From Oxalobacter formigenes (GTDB taxonomy: Bacteria > Pseudomonadota > Gammaproteobacteria > Burkholderiales > Burkholderiaceae_D), in assembly GCA_019424645.1 (NCBI GenBank), contig JAHYZB010000048.1:10390-71128 (forward strand): a stretch of DNA of 60,739 nt. The letters run 5' to 3'. Position numbers and translations under genes: made by a program. The notes under the pieces are model-generated. The model made no database searches. It saw only the letters and a program-made list of their open reading frames with translations, and was not told the DNA's origin. Position 1 is the first letter of the stretch. The number at the start of each line of letters is the position of its first letter. Shown here one piece after another: positions 60,599 through 60,739 of this stretch.

Positions 60599-60739
<141 letters not shown>

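Overview
This is the origin-proximal region of a Burkholderiales (Betaproteobacteria) chromosome. Protein sequences and AT-richness suggest Oxalobacteraceae, possibly Oxalobacter (inference). Positions 1-6.6 kb are one end of an element integrated at tRNA-Thr(CGT). It carries a P4-like tyrosine integrase with five arm-type repeats, a sigma-factor-like orphan, a small basic orphan, AlpA, a small HTH/Rep-like protein followed by a hairpin-rich ori-like tract, a collapsed IS3 relic and a membrane-anchored YobI/KAP-type P-loop NTPase that runs off the window; the last two are absent from the ORF track. The rest is core genome: dsbC, metH, trpGDC with an unannotated Trp leader peptide, pilD-coaE-zapD-yacG, slmA, rpmH-rnpA-yidD-yidC, dnaA-dnaN-gyrB, mnmG-rsmG-parAB, malic enzyme, pyrC, xseB-ispA-dxs-folE2, polA, thrB, argB and the atp operon. 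A perfect parS site and a likely oriC (DnaA boxes, IHF site, trio/AT-rich unwinding element) lie upstream of mnmG, about 14 kb from dnaA. The ATP synthase c subunit has lost most of its helix-packing glycines. No CRISPR array or rRNA was seen. All family calls come from motif recognition, not database searches.
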